Assembly: GCA_965216295.1 (NCBI GenBank)
Contig: OZ244141.1
Coordinates: 4,864-68,863, forward strand
Source: Minisyncoccota bacterium
Lineage (GTDB): Bacteria; Patescibacteriota; Minisyncoccia; Phycocordibacterales; JABAAK01
Reading direction: 5' to 3'
DNA: 64,000 bases
The notes beneath the pieces were generated by a model. It was not told the DNA's origin. It made no database searches and saw only the letters and a program-made list of their open reading frames with translations. Numbering within the stretch: position 1 is the stretch's first letter; each line of letters begins with the position of its first letter. This document shows, one piece after another, positions 23,401-33,900 of the stretch. Made by a program: the position numbers and the translations under genes.

Positions 23401-23516
23401 GGTACTGGAGTTGTCAGAGCTGCTGCGGTTTGAATAAAAACAAATACACTCAATAGGCATAGAAACCCTATTGTCGCCAAACTTGATATCTTTTTCACCA
23501 TTGTCCTTTCTGACAT
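17496..23516 (-). CDS. Giant secreted/surface protein of 2006 aa. It has a signal peptide, at least 5 tandem Ig-like (VDTTPPTAT) repeats of about 180 aa, and a C-terminal peptidoglycan-binding (PG_binding_1-like) module.
   Basis: Signal peptide LATIGFLCLLSVFVFIQTAAA. Repeated unit ...YTDTPIYTDTDSITDDGDYAICI..NFTVDTTPPTAT..IVYSLDPAGGFTPK..TYTLQARVYD.AENFIDL. C-terminal LGDEEKEVKQLQQFLNNQGFTVTDQGAGSPGQETEYFGPATKRALEQYQ. Confidence 0.8.
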   Translation of the reverse strand: MSERTMVKKISSLATIGFLCLLSVFVFIQTAAALTTPVPTKGGDYIKVQNFTTGDSIHYLNKQARGLANFPIVTVEKTSSETVKYQLLNLRGDLRGAKCDDSNKVSYDRPANAPIYTDTALITNDGDYKICIQLSDTNSSSYAAYAFTVDTAPPTATGVFADSNDITLSNQAQFGVSITDIADANAGGIRNIVYSLDPAGGFTPKNITKSDSNERLSSGDHATTLDVSGIPDGTYALQARIYDNAENFIDLTASDTIEKQVVEKQIVLVKSAINAKLPDTDVPITQQFTKRANATFVSLEFYTNVIQGVENWYFEYDPATYSDLHLIFEEAKQRNSHLVITKADGRTLKISNITVDSEILTGGNQGERIEAQRIVGNQSAAGRAFISVGDVVSLKVVHVGDTVYYLNQAARGLTESPIVTATQKGGVDGIGYSIQSDTAIACDSNLTYTDTPIYTDTDSITDDGDYAICIEASNNSDSVYTKYNFTVDTTPPTATDISAKSNEITTSNQAEFEVSITGIADAKRIVYSLDPAGGFTPKQDIVASGDHTTTLDLSSVLFGTYTLQARVYDKAENFIDLATSNTIGRPNDNSDILPSTLVLVSGRYIETGYNNNINYLNEKATNALLKPAPIVTVEKPANVNSIGYSIQSDTATACDSNLTYTDTPIYNDTDSITNDGDYAICIRASNDSGSVYVKYNFIVDTTPPTATGVSAAEEITPAGLGLGIGANGKRVKSLAEDFEVVIEGIADTNGVGKIVYSFVPASGFIPKDIVEAISGDYTTTLDLSIAPTGINNTLVVSIYDNARNVTQFLNSIVRGPEYIQNSAIIDYDDNDPSTAVKHYINKETREGTPIDIIVAKEVEGYTFQYAASPSSTYEFEYRNTIVTASIKCDSLDSYTENPIKTDSSILLEAQEGLICIRAERDGGFFYTRYPVFVDTTLPSITSFSTSTTEVIKTRDVVFSATTVAVDLESALKEVVYEIYDQNDERVLGPITGEFFLGLNLKEFDLSALRSGTYTIQATVYDYAGNASEVSTTSVVLKSFLQPADFIVNYDNGSEEIHFINKDGKSNTTQAIITIDGIEGFFDIKYNIQSGTAVECSDIALRNYGTNPILVGNSVIDNDGGYTICIRTNHIDANYSYLSYKFIVDTTPPTATGISADSNSITLANQAQFEVTVAGIADINRVGKIVYSIDPANSFTPKEVIEQIVSNRQTTTLDLSGILSGTYTLQASVYDNAGNSSDPIRSINSVTKKSAYTQNPAIIDYDHDDNVLTESRHYISKQVKNSTPPIDIIVAKGAEGFTFQYAASSNVTTPCNSISGYSATAIKSDNGVFDNDGAAQICIREQKGNNFSYEKYTIFTDTTPPTINSFNIPATTIIREKTETFIVSVTASDSGSGVGSVHYEIRNQNNEQVSGSYTSNFFNDNDENTTNLNLSTLEFGTYTIRAIVYDIVGSASEASTANVTLTPPTLTLTLANDTGISKSDGITSDSTITVIKRLGTAWKYSFDGSTYVNGDGTGGTVTIPKSAFPTSVGSNDREYNITVREFDLNGVQLLESTLTIFVDTVSPVQTVIPPIKAGTTRTLSFVVEDSNAIQVNGALSSKTFDAEQIIPAGIPSGEYDTKPIVVVHDAAGNMVKMKIRIDNDAPVINSVSAVNTSRKSRPYFTVNVSGTAGETLTPSFDEKCQDLQTIEGSYETTEELGTYTVTFNSPSSGTYSDCSIQFTDDVENVSADTFAIPSFRIASSGGGGGIVGSITSIIVPDVFDNNDGEGKIIGEDVEQDIVPVGKIIFTTSLQLGDEEKEVKQLQQFLNNQGFTVTDQGAGSPGQETEYFGPATKRALEQYQEVYKEEILTPLGLSAPTGVLGPATIQHIQEQIEQSIPKQSIPKQLIPEEIIIIQPDRGDTAGTITMLRKAINALLERITILRAQKSALSPPQSIVIPENTHFNTNINAPSLPTTPVFINDIVQPAKKQNGVPKKNSQEQQSTTQSTLKEPIHLPTPVTTFYSNGAPSL
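20000..23200 (-). repeat. Intragenic tandem repeats of about 540 bp in the 2006-aa gene (Ig-like domain units, about 5 copies).
   Basis: 21380-21610 and 22030-22240 are more than 90% identical (...cagtagcggttggaggtgttgtatcaact.taaagttgtatttt...caaatcgcataatcaccatcat.cgttatggaatccgtatca...). Confidence 0.6.
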
Positions 23517-23560
23517 ACTGTAATAATTATACTATATTTTTGACACAGAGACACTCTTTT

Positions 23561-24951
23561 TTAAATATTGGGTATACTCCTCGTCCCTTCTTTCACCCGA
23601 GGGAAAAATGATCCCTGAAAACCCTCTCCCCCTGGTGGTGTAACTGACTGTTGATTTTCTACCTTTTGATCCTTTTCTTGTGGTACATCATCTTGGCTAC
23701 TTGTTGGTACGTTATCATTGGTGGAGTAAGCTTCTGGAGCACTGAAAACTCGGGAGGGTAAGTTTGCTGGTTGTATTGTTGATTCTTGTAGTATTGTTCC
23801 TTGTGTTGGTTGTACGAATGGTTGTCGTTTTTCTTCTACTTTTCGTTCTGCTGGTTTTAGTACTTCAATAGGGAGAGGAGGAATAGGGAGAGGAGGAGTT
23901 GATGTTTGAATGCTTGGTGCGCTGAGAGAATCAGGGTATCGGAAGGCACTATCAATATTGAGATCAATGAAACGGTCAAACTCTTCTCTTCTTTCAGTCT
24001 CTATCACTGCTTGTTTTTCAATCTCCACTTGTCTTTCTCTTTGCCTTTCTCTTTCATCAACATCCTCTTGTTTTTGTGTTCTGAGGGTAGTGATTCTTTC
24101 AAGGAGTGCGTTGATTGCTTTTCTGAGCATAGTAATGGTGCCGGTGGTGGTATCACCACGGTCTGGTTGTTGAATGATGATTACTTCTTCTTCTGGTATG
24201 GGTTGTTCTGTTTGTTCTTGGATGTGCTGTATGGTTGCTGGTCCGAGGACACCGGTTGGTGCAGACAGTCCTAGTGGAGTGAGTATTTCTTCTTTGTATG
24301 CTTCTTGGTATTGTTCCAGAGCTCTCTTGGTTGCTGGTCCAAAGTATTCTGTTTCTTGTCCTGGTGATCCTGCTCCTTGATCTGTAACGGTGAATCCTTG
24401 ATTGTTGAGGAACTGTTGTAGTTGTTTCACTTCTTTCTCTTCATCTCCTAGTTTGAGAGGTTTGGTGAACAAGAGTGTTTCTTGTGTTGTTGGGAGAGCG
24501 GGTGCTTTGTCGGTTACTACTTCTTCCTCTGTTGGTGTCTCTATGACTTCATCACCATTTGTTACGATTTCTGGTGCCTTGATGCTTCGTGAACCATTGC
24601 CACCACCGCTGCCGCCACTTGAAGCTATTCTAAAGGAATCAAGGGTTATGGCATTTGAGAGGTTCCCTGCTTCATCAGTGAACTGAATAGTACAGTCATC
24701 ATATGTCTCTGAACTTGGAGAGTTGATGGTGATGGTATAGTCTGCAGAATCATTTGAAGTAGAGATATACTGTCCTTCAATGACTGAGAAGTCAGAACAC
24801 TTTCCAGCAAAGACAGGGGTGAGTATCTCTTCTTCTGTAGCAAAGACAGATGCTTGATTTCTGGCAACAGTTACTTCTAAGTACGGCTTTCTCTTGTTTG
24901 ATACATTAAACTGTTCTCTGACTGATACTGTTGGTGCTTGGTTGTCTACTC
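23561..24951 (-). repeat. Copy 1 of the conserved C-terminal anchoring module shared by the giant genes (about 1.39 kb). It is nearly identical at the DNA level to 35998-37355, with a shorter related copy at about 17790-18180.
   Basis: Identical stretches of hundreds of nt are visible, for example cttggttgctggtccaaagtattctgtttcttgtcctggtgatcctgctcc in all three genes. Antisense ORFs 23906..24274, 36325..36678 and 17751..17972 encode the same peptide. Confidence 0.7.
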
Positions 24952-27900
24952 TGACTCGAAGAGAGACAGTATTACCTCCCGCATCAGTGACACTCGTATC
25001 TGACACCCTTCGCACTCCTGGCGCTGCTCCCGCAGGAACTCTCACTGCTTGGGTAAAGGAATATGGGACGGTTGTTCCAGCAATACTAATTGTAGTGATG
25101 TCAGTAAAGGTGAAAGACCTTGTATATAATTCACCATCTCCTTTGGTGAATGGGAAAGAAGTCTGGACTGGTGCTGTGGTATCTATAAACAGATTGAACG
25201 GAATTGCCCTATCTGATGTATTTCCAGCGTAATCATCTATGGTAACTGTGATACTATTTTCTCCATTTGCAAATGAATGTCCTGAAAGCCGTATCACTTT
25301 GCCTGTAGCACACTCACCACCATTGTCCACTATAGTTATAGTTCCATCAGTTACAAAAAAGTCACCGTCATAGAATTTCACTTTACTGCTATCTGTATAT
25401 GCGGAATCAGCTATGGATAGCCCACAAGCATAGATAGTTTGCCGATTTGTATTTGTGAAAGCAGCATTACTATCAAGTGTCAAAGTAGGTAATTTTACTG
25501 TATCGATGGTGATTGAGAGTAACTTAATCCTTATTGTTTCTACCGTTTCACCTACAGGAGTTATTGATCCAGCTATATCATATTCACCTTGTGGCAAAGT
25601 AATAGCATCTGTAGTAAATTGTCCAGTTGTAGCATCTGCAGCAAACTCCGGCAGTAGTGGTGCCCACGCTTCAGTGCCTCGTTCTGTTTTATATAGATGA
25701 ACGGTAGCACCTGCTGGTGTAATTCCACTGAGTCCTATTGACGTTGTTCCAACATATATTACAGATTCTACAACACTAGATATTATGCTTGTATCTGATA
25801 ATGCCAACCCTGCTACACCATCTTCTCCTTCTTTTGAGTTTTTGTATCCTTTGTTTCCTGCTACATCAGTTGCTGCAAAACAGAGTTGTTTAGGGTTATT
25901 GCCACCAGTAGTTCTCAAAATGACTGGACTTTTATATGATATATACGGTGTTTGAACAGAACAATCAACTGATGCAGCAGAAGAGGCAACAGTTGTCTGG
26001 AAACTATGCATGATTGTTGTGGTTAAATCTTCTGCGGCCGCAACAAATCCTTCGTTCCCGTTAGCAACTCCTGCTTTAATAATACTAACGACTGGAGGTG
26101 TCGTATCCACCACAAACTCTAGAGAACTGCCATACACTGAGTTTCCAGCAGCATCAGTTGTTTGTATACATATCTTTTGTGAACCTTCTGTCAGTCCCGC
26201 CGCCTCATTAGTTATTGGGTTTGTGTAGCTAGAGGTGTCGTCACACTCTACGGTAGACTCTACAAGTGCAAACGAATCAAAGATACCCGCTGTCGTAACT
26301 GTCGTACCAAGCGATATGCCTACGGTGTTGAGCCTCTTTGCCTTTTTTTCTTTATTGAGGTACTGAGGAGTTGTGAAAGTGAAAAGATCAGAAGAGAATA
26401 TAAAGGTAGAGGCAGTTGCAGGTGCTTGTGTATCGAGCGTAATTGGTAGGAGCGGTAATGGACCTACTTCTACACCATTGGCATCAGTTACGTAGCCGAA
26501 GAAGTTATTCCGACCTTCTTGTAAGTCTACCACCTCAGTCTGGAAGGTCTCATCACTTTCAACTTCAACAGGGAGATCATCTCCATCCGAATTTATAATT
26601 CTAACTCCTGTTGTTCCTGCAACAGCTGTTCCCATGAGACGAACTGATGTTGTCTTGGTAATTCTGTCACCTTTAGCAGCAGTATCATCATCGGAAACAA
26701 TACCAAACTCAGATATCAATGGATCTTGTGCGTTGACACTTGATTGATATGCATATGCTTGATAAATACCTTCAGTTAAGAGAGATGTGAAACAAGCCTT
26801 GCCTGTTGTTGTTTCGATTTCAGAACCTTGAACATAAGGGGTTGGTTCTACTGTATTTACTCCACAGGTAGCACTGCTTGATAACAAATCACTTGTTGCG
26901 ATGGCTTGCGTAGAAGTATCCAATGCAACAAAACTATTGGCATTATCTGTTCTATAGACACTCCATTTTGAAGGAGTTAGGGTCTCAGGAAATTGAATAG
27001 AATCTGATTCATTACCCGCTCTATCTTTTAATTTGTATGTTACAGTTGCAAATGGCTTGTCTGGTGATGCACTCGTTGTAATTGTGTATTGATCAGAATC
27101 CACAAGATCATATGAAGGTGTTTCTTCTATAGCAGTACTGTCGTCATATATAGAAACATCTCCCACATCACTGTCTGCATTTCTTGTAATCGTAAATGCA
27201 TGTTTATTTCCTGCGGTCAGTGTTGGGTTATATACATACACAAAACTTGCCAATTCAGACTCAGTTGGTACTACCGTATCTAGTTGTATATTCAAAATGT
27301 CTGATAGTGGGCTGTGAAGACCCCCATCATCAAACGCTTGTACTCTAATTTGATACTCTCCATCTTGAGCAAGTATCTCCTCATCAAATTCAAACACTTT
27401 TGAAAATTCATATATCGTGTTTTCACCTGAGGTGCCTGATACTACTCCCCATTCACCAGCAGATGGTTTTTCTATAGGTATTACTTTTGGAGTGTTGTCA
27501 CCGTACAGTATCGTGAGCTCAATATAATCAACCGCTGTCTCTGAGCCTGCGATTTTCTCTCCATTTGTTTTACCAAACTGTCCTGATATCTGCCATCCAT
27601 CGACCACATTGGTGATACCATCACTGTTTGATACTCCCGTGTCATCACTTTGCAGTAGTCTCAAGTTGGTTATCTTTTTTGGTATTTCCAAGAATTTAAT
27701 CTGTGTTGTATCTATTCCCTGAACCATGTTACCAGCCCTATCCACTGCAAACGCTGTGACTTGATACCAAGCATCATACGATCTCGAATTGCCATCTTCA
27801 CCAATTCCTAAATCAATATACGGTATATTAACAGAGTATCCATCTTCATTTTCCACTAGTATAGTCCCCTGTTTGTAACCACTACTCGTTGGATCAAACG

Positions 27901-30900
27901 CTACATCATTTGGATCATCTATGAGGTTACCGCTATCTTCTTCAACAATCTGTCGTCTCAAAAGTATTGCATAATATTCAAGATCTTCTTTAGCAGATTG
28001 GGATCTACCGTCTGAACCAAAAGTTATATCAGTTGCAGTAGTTTGAACATTACTACTTATTTCTAGATCATTGAACCAAGATATTGGAGGAGTATTATCA
28101 ATGGTAAGTGTATAGACTGGTGTTGAGGCAATGTCGGAGAAGTTTCCCGCTTCATCTGTTTGCAATGCAACAAAGTAAAATTCTCTTCCATTAACTCTCT
28201 CTTCATCTATTATGGTATCACTTGTATATGTTTCAACAACACGCTTATTAGTATTAGCATCAAAGTTTGTTACGTCATAGACATTTGCTGTGTAAGGATT
28301 TTCAGGTGCCTGTCCAACAGGTTCCAGCGTATCCCTATCTATCTCATCTCCCTCTGCAAACACATCAACAGGTATTCTGTATAAGAATATCTGATAGTTG
28401 TCATCGTCATTGTCATTACCTGACGTGAGAGTGAAGTGTAAATTATTTATCTTGTTTGTGATGTTATCTGTATTTGTTCCAACTCTCAGTGTGTTATTGT
28501 ATTTTCCAAAGGTATCATCCTCATCAATAAGATTTGGTATTAAAGGTATAGAAGGTGGTGTGGTGTCTATGGTTATGATAAGACTATTGTTTTCAAGTGC
28601 TGAAACATTTCCAGCTGCATCTCTTACTTGGAATCGGATGTCATACTCTCCATCGACAAGATCAGAAATAGCAACATTGTTTCCAAAGGCAATCGTTGCT
28701 GAGTTCCCTGTTTCTGCTATTATAGTTAAATCTTCTGGATCTACATCCGTACCCTCTGTGGTTTTGTTATAAATGTATGTCTTTACTGTCTCGCCATTTT
28801 CTAAACTTTCTATTTCAAAGTTTGGTGTTGTGTCGTTTGTTTTGTTGTCTCCTTGTACACCAGAATCGGAATCACCAGTAAGAACAAAAGGATTATTCCC
28901 TTCAGGTACTACTGTGTCGCGAGTAAAGTCGTAATTTGCATAAGATTTGTTTTTGTATTGGTTTACAGATCGCACACATACCCTGTAATCCCCATCTGCT
29001 GTCATGAAACTGTCATCAGTCTTTATGGGTGAGTCATAGGCAGTGCTACTGTCATCGCCATAGTCTTCACTGTCACATGAGGTATCTGCAGTGACTATTT
29101 TGTATCTAAATTGAACATTGGAAGCGGGGTCTGCCGTAACTATCGCACTAGAAGGATTCTGCCGACTGAGGACAAGATTTAGATAATTCTTCGCATCCGT
29201 TTGTGGGTCTGCATCATCATCGTATTCCACCATATCTTCGTTTGCTGTAAAGACAGTGTCGTGTACGACAGATGTGTAAGTAAATCTAAACACTCTATAT
29301 GCTATGTTCCCCGCATAATCAAAGAATCCAAGACAAAGACCGTACTCTTTGCCAGTCTCAAAGAGAGTATATGATACAGGATAAAATGTATTAGTATGAG
29401 TGCTATGGATGGTAGTGTATGAGATGCTCTCACAGTCGCTCTCTTCAAAGGAACTTGCTGTCAAAAGAACTCCAGACTGTATATTCAAGAGTGATTCTTC
29501 TGGGGTGTTTGTTGTTACAATAGGCAAAGATTTGCTACTATTTTCTATATTCAAATAATATGTAGGCCCGATTTTTACAAGGACATTTTCATCAGGAGTT
29601 ATGACAAGCCCACTTAAGTCTGGAGGAGTGGTGTCGTAGGTTATATCTACAGTTTCAGATCCTACTGATGTCTCAGTGATTCCTCCTGTCTTTGAGACTG
29701 TGTATCTTGCTCTCACTTTATACTTGCCTTCACCGTGGTTATCTAGATCTATTGATGCTACTAATGGATTTGATGTAATTGTCGCTGTCTGCCAATTCTC
29801 TCCATCATCTAAACTGTATTCTACAGATGTTAAAGTCCCTCCCTCAGGAATAGTCGGGATGGTGATAGAAACTAGTGGGTCATTAGTGCTGCCATCTTTA
29901 ATGGCTTGCTCATTGCTATTGTGTACTGCTTGACTCCTGCCGGATGCAACATCAACCACGCTGGAAAGACCAACATCAGTAAATGTAACTGTAGGAGGAG
30001 TAAGGGGAGGCTTGGAAGGGTTGTAGTTTAATGTTGCACCAAAATGTGAAGATGTGTCTGGAGACGCATACCCAAGGGCATATGAAAACTCGTAATCAAG
30101 CCTTGATTCTAGATGGTTGTCCAACTGTATCTCTACCGCAGATTCCATACTTGCCGGGTATCCTTTTATTTGAAATCCACTAAGGGACTGATTATCACTC
30201 ACATCCTCCGTTAAACTTATCACTATCTCGTTTTCTGGACCTTTTGTATACACAGGACTATCGAATAAAATATCAACACTACGAGAACTGACAACTTCGT
30301 AAGCAGTCAAACCTTGTATAGCATCTTGTCCCGAACTGTCTGATCCACTTACAGTTACTGCATTGGAGTCGTCGAAGTTATCAAGGAAACCACCTAATCC
30401 AAATTTAACGGCAGTTATGACATATGGCTCAGTAAATTTTATTACTAGTTTTTCAGGATATGCTTGACTACTATTATCATCAGCTGGTTTTTTTACAAAA
30501 ACCACCTCTCCGACTTCTGAAGAAGAATAGACAGTGGAAAAAATATCATTGGCGTAATACACACAAGAGGTTGCTGCAGTGAGTGAATCATCAGCATCTC
30601 CATAATAGGTTTCATATGGACTGCCATCTAACCCAAAGAATTTACAATAGCTAAATTCTGGGACAACTGTCTTGTAATCATTGGGCAAGTCTTTGGATAC
30701 TCTTGCTGGGAATTGTCCTCGTGCAAGGTATGGGCTGTTAGTAGTATCTGTTGTGATGGTTATGGGGTTAGAAGTGTCTGTGTCTGTCCACATTGCACTG
30801 TACGGATTATCATTGGTTAGATTTATTGTTTTTATTGCAAAATGATCACCTGGTCTTCCTACTATACGCAAGATTGGTGTGGTAGGAATTTCTGGTGGAG

Positions 30901-33900
30901 ATACTGCGATGGTTGGGATTTGCTTACGACCGAGTGTAAGGATGTATTTAAAAGCTGTGAACCCAGTGTTTTCTAAATCATCTTTTTGCCTTATCACTGT
31001 AAATCTTTCACCAGAGTTGAGTTTTGCACCTGGTGTGATTTCTGCTGTGTCGGAGGTGGTGTCGGCATACTCAGAACCCCTTAAATGCCCATAAAATATT
31101 TCAAACCTGAATCGGTCTTTATAATTGGAAAGTGATGCGTTAAAAGTTGTTGTAATGGAGATAACTATATTATTTCCATCAAAATAAACCCCTTGAATCT
31201 TCCCCCCAACAAAATCGAAGGCATTAGAACCTACCGGTGAAAACAAGGACCCCTTGCTAGCCAAAAGGTTTGCACCATATCCTGCAATTGTACTGAACTC
31301 TATATCTCTGTTGAGTAATTTTCCATTTAGGTCTACTGCACGCACAAGCATTTTCCCATTCTCCTTTATCAGACTCGCATCTTGATCTATGATAGGAAAG
31401 CTGTATGTGCCTATAGATGTAGGCGATGCGCCTGTAGTGGTGAGTGTGGTGTCTGAAAGGGTTAGAGAGGTTTTCTTAGCATAGACATCATAAGACCATT
31501 GGGTTCCTTCTACAGTTTCCAGATCTGAAATAGAAAGAGTGGGGTCACTTACCAGGTCCTCAGCATCCTCTGTGTCGTCTTTTAAATTCACAGTCGGTGG
31601 ATTTGGTGGAGCTTTGTCAACCTGAAAGTTAAATACTTTGTATGATGTATTTCCAAAACTATCCTTAAGTCTAAAACAGTTAGCCCATCTACCGTCTGGT
31701 ATAGGGTCTTTTACATTGCCGATGGTGTATCTATTTAGCATATAGTGCTTAATCACAGGCGTGGTGGAATATCCTGAATCGATTCTACTAAGAAGACCAA
31801 TATATTGAGAAGATGTAGGGTCACAGTAACTATCGGGTACATCACCAGTTGTAGATATTGGCTTTGTTCCAAAAGAACGTATTACTGGGTCTGGATATCC
31901 TTCTGAGTCTAACTCTAGAATTATATCTTCGGGCTCACCATAGAAAGTGTTGGAGGTTATAAAATATCTAGGCACTCCTCCCTCTATTTTTTCTATAAAG
32001 GCACTTGGGTTTATATTAAAGGTGAGAGGTTGAGGTGGAGATGTGTTTACTTCTAAGTCTAGAATTTTTTTAATCGCTGTGGGATCTAAACCTGATGCAA
32101 TGACAGATGCTCCTATGTCATATCTGCCATTTGCGAAGGTTTGTATAGGTACTTCAAACGTCCCATCTACTGACACCGCTACTTCAATGGGTGCCACTGT
32201 CCAACTGAGCGAGTCGGAGTGTGCTTGTATGTATATATTCACTTGTGTATTTGGCACCGATAATCCTGTGAAGGATATTTCGCCATCTTTTGTGTATCTT
32301 ATGTCATCCACTGTCTTACCAGCAACTTCTTCACCATTTGCGGTAACAGGTAAAAATTTTGTAACCGTACCGTCTTCTGAATTTTTAGAATTTTTATATG
32401 ATATATTTCCCACAAAGTCGGTTGCCTTGAAACATGTTTGGTTTTCTACAAGTGGGGTTGTTGGTGAGAGAGATGTAACCCAAGCATATACAATGTCTGG
32501 CGGTGTGTAAGATTCATAAGTCAAAGCGGCACTCGTACAATCCGCCAGACTGTCTGTCATAAGGGTGGATGTCCTAGAAAACTCAAATGTAACTAATCCT
32601 GCAGACTCTGCTTGTGGGACATATCCTGTTAAACCGCTGTTATTAATACCTGCATTGAAAATTTTAATCGGTGCTGGTTTTACAAGAGTGAAAAAGAATT
32701 TGATTGACCTAAAATTGAATGCGGCATCTGGGTTAGCAAAACATGTATAATATTTTTGATGTGAGTAAGTATCGTTTGTTCTTAAATCTTTAGGGGATAT
32801 CACCGTTCCACTCTCGAAGTAATCATAGTCTCTTGCATATTCTGAGAAAGAACACGGATTGTTCTCTGCATTTGCATCTATATCAGAGTAGTTGAATTCC
32901 GAAGAGAGCACACCCTCTGGTGGTGACAAAATCACTAAAGGTCTAGTATCGTTGCCAACCTTACTGAATGCTAAGTAATTGACACCACCTTCTGTTTGTA
33001 TAACAGCAGGATTTCCTGTAACAGTGTACTCTGAGGGAAGCGTTCTATCTACTGTGTATTGGAAAGATACATAGACACCGGCTCCTTCAATCTCTCCTTT
33101 TACACATATCTTATATGTGGTTCCATCTGCGATAAAGCTTGAGTCTTGGTTTGTGGGGATTGATGTATAAGGATAATTACTTATATTTTCACACTGTGTG
33201 CTGCTTACATTTGATCCTGACCTAACAGCATATTTTATATTGGCTGAGCCGTTTGCAGATACTGTAAATATCGGTACTGCATTTCCATCTGCCCTATACT
33301 CTGCCCCTTGTATGTTTAGATAATTTACACCCTCATTGCTGTATATTACCCTTGAATTGGGTGTGATGACGGGTGGTTTTGCAGTGGAAAAGTCTAACTG
33401 TGCCTCTGTGCTGATATTACCTGCTACATCAGTTTGCTGTGTATATATTGTATGAGATTCCAGACTAAGACTGGTTGTCGAAATGGTGGTGCTAGTCCCG
33501 TCAACATAAGAACCATCGTCTAGTTTATATTTCCAAGACGAACCAGATACTGTCTCCAAGTCGCCTATTGTTATAGTTTCAGCTGATTTATCAAAAGAAA
33601 GTGACGGAGGAACAGGGTTGACAAAGTCGAGTTCGACTGGACTATTTACCACACCGGCCTCACCAGTTTCTCCATACTTATCTGTTGTAAACACTTTTAT
33701 TTCTATAGTCCCAGTGTCGGTAATGATGATGGTATTGCCTGTGCCTACCATATTTTCATCTCCATTTTTCGTTATTTGAACATCATTCACTTTGTATGAG
33801 TATGTCCAAGATGCCACCTCTTCTGATATTGCGACAGTAAAAATCCCATTGTTTGTAATACCGTCAGTATCACTGTATCCAGTGTCTTCTTGAAGAATTG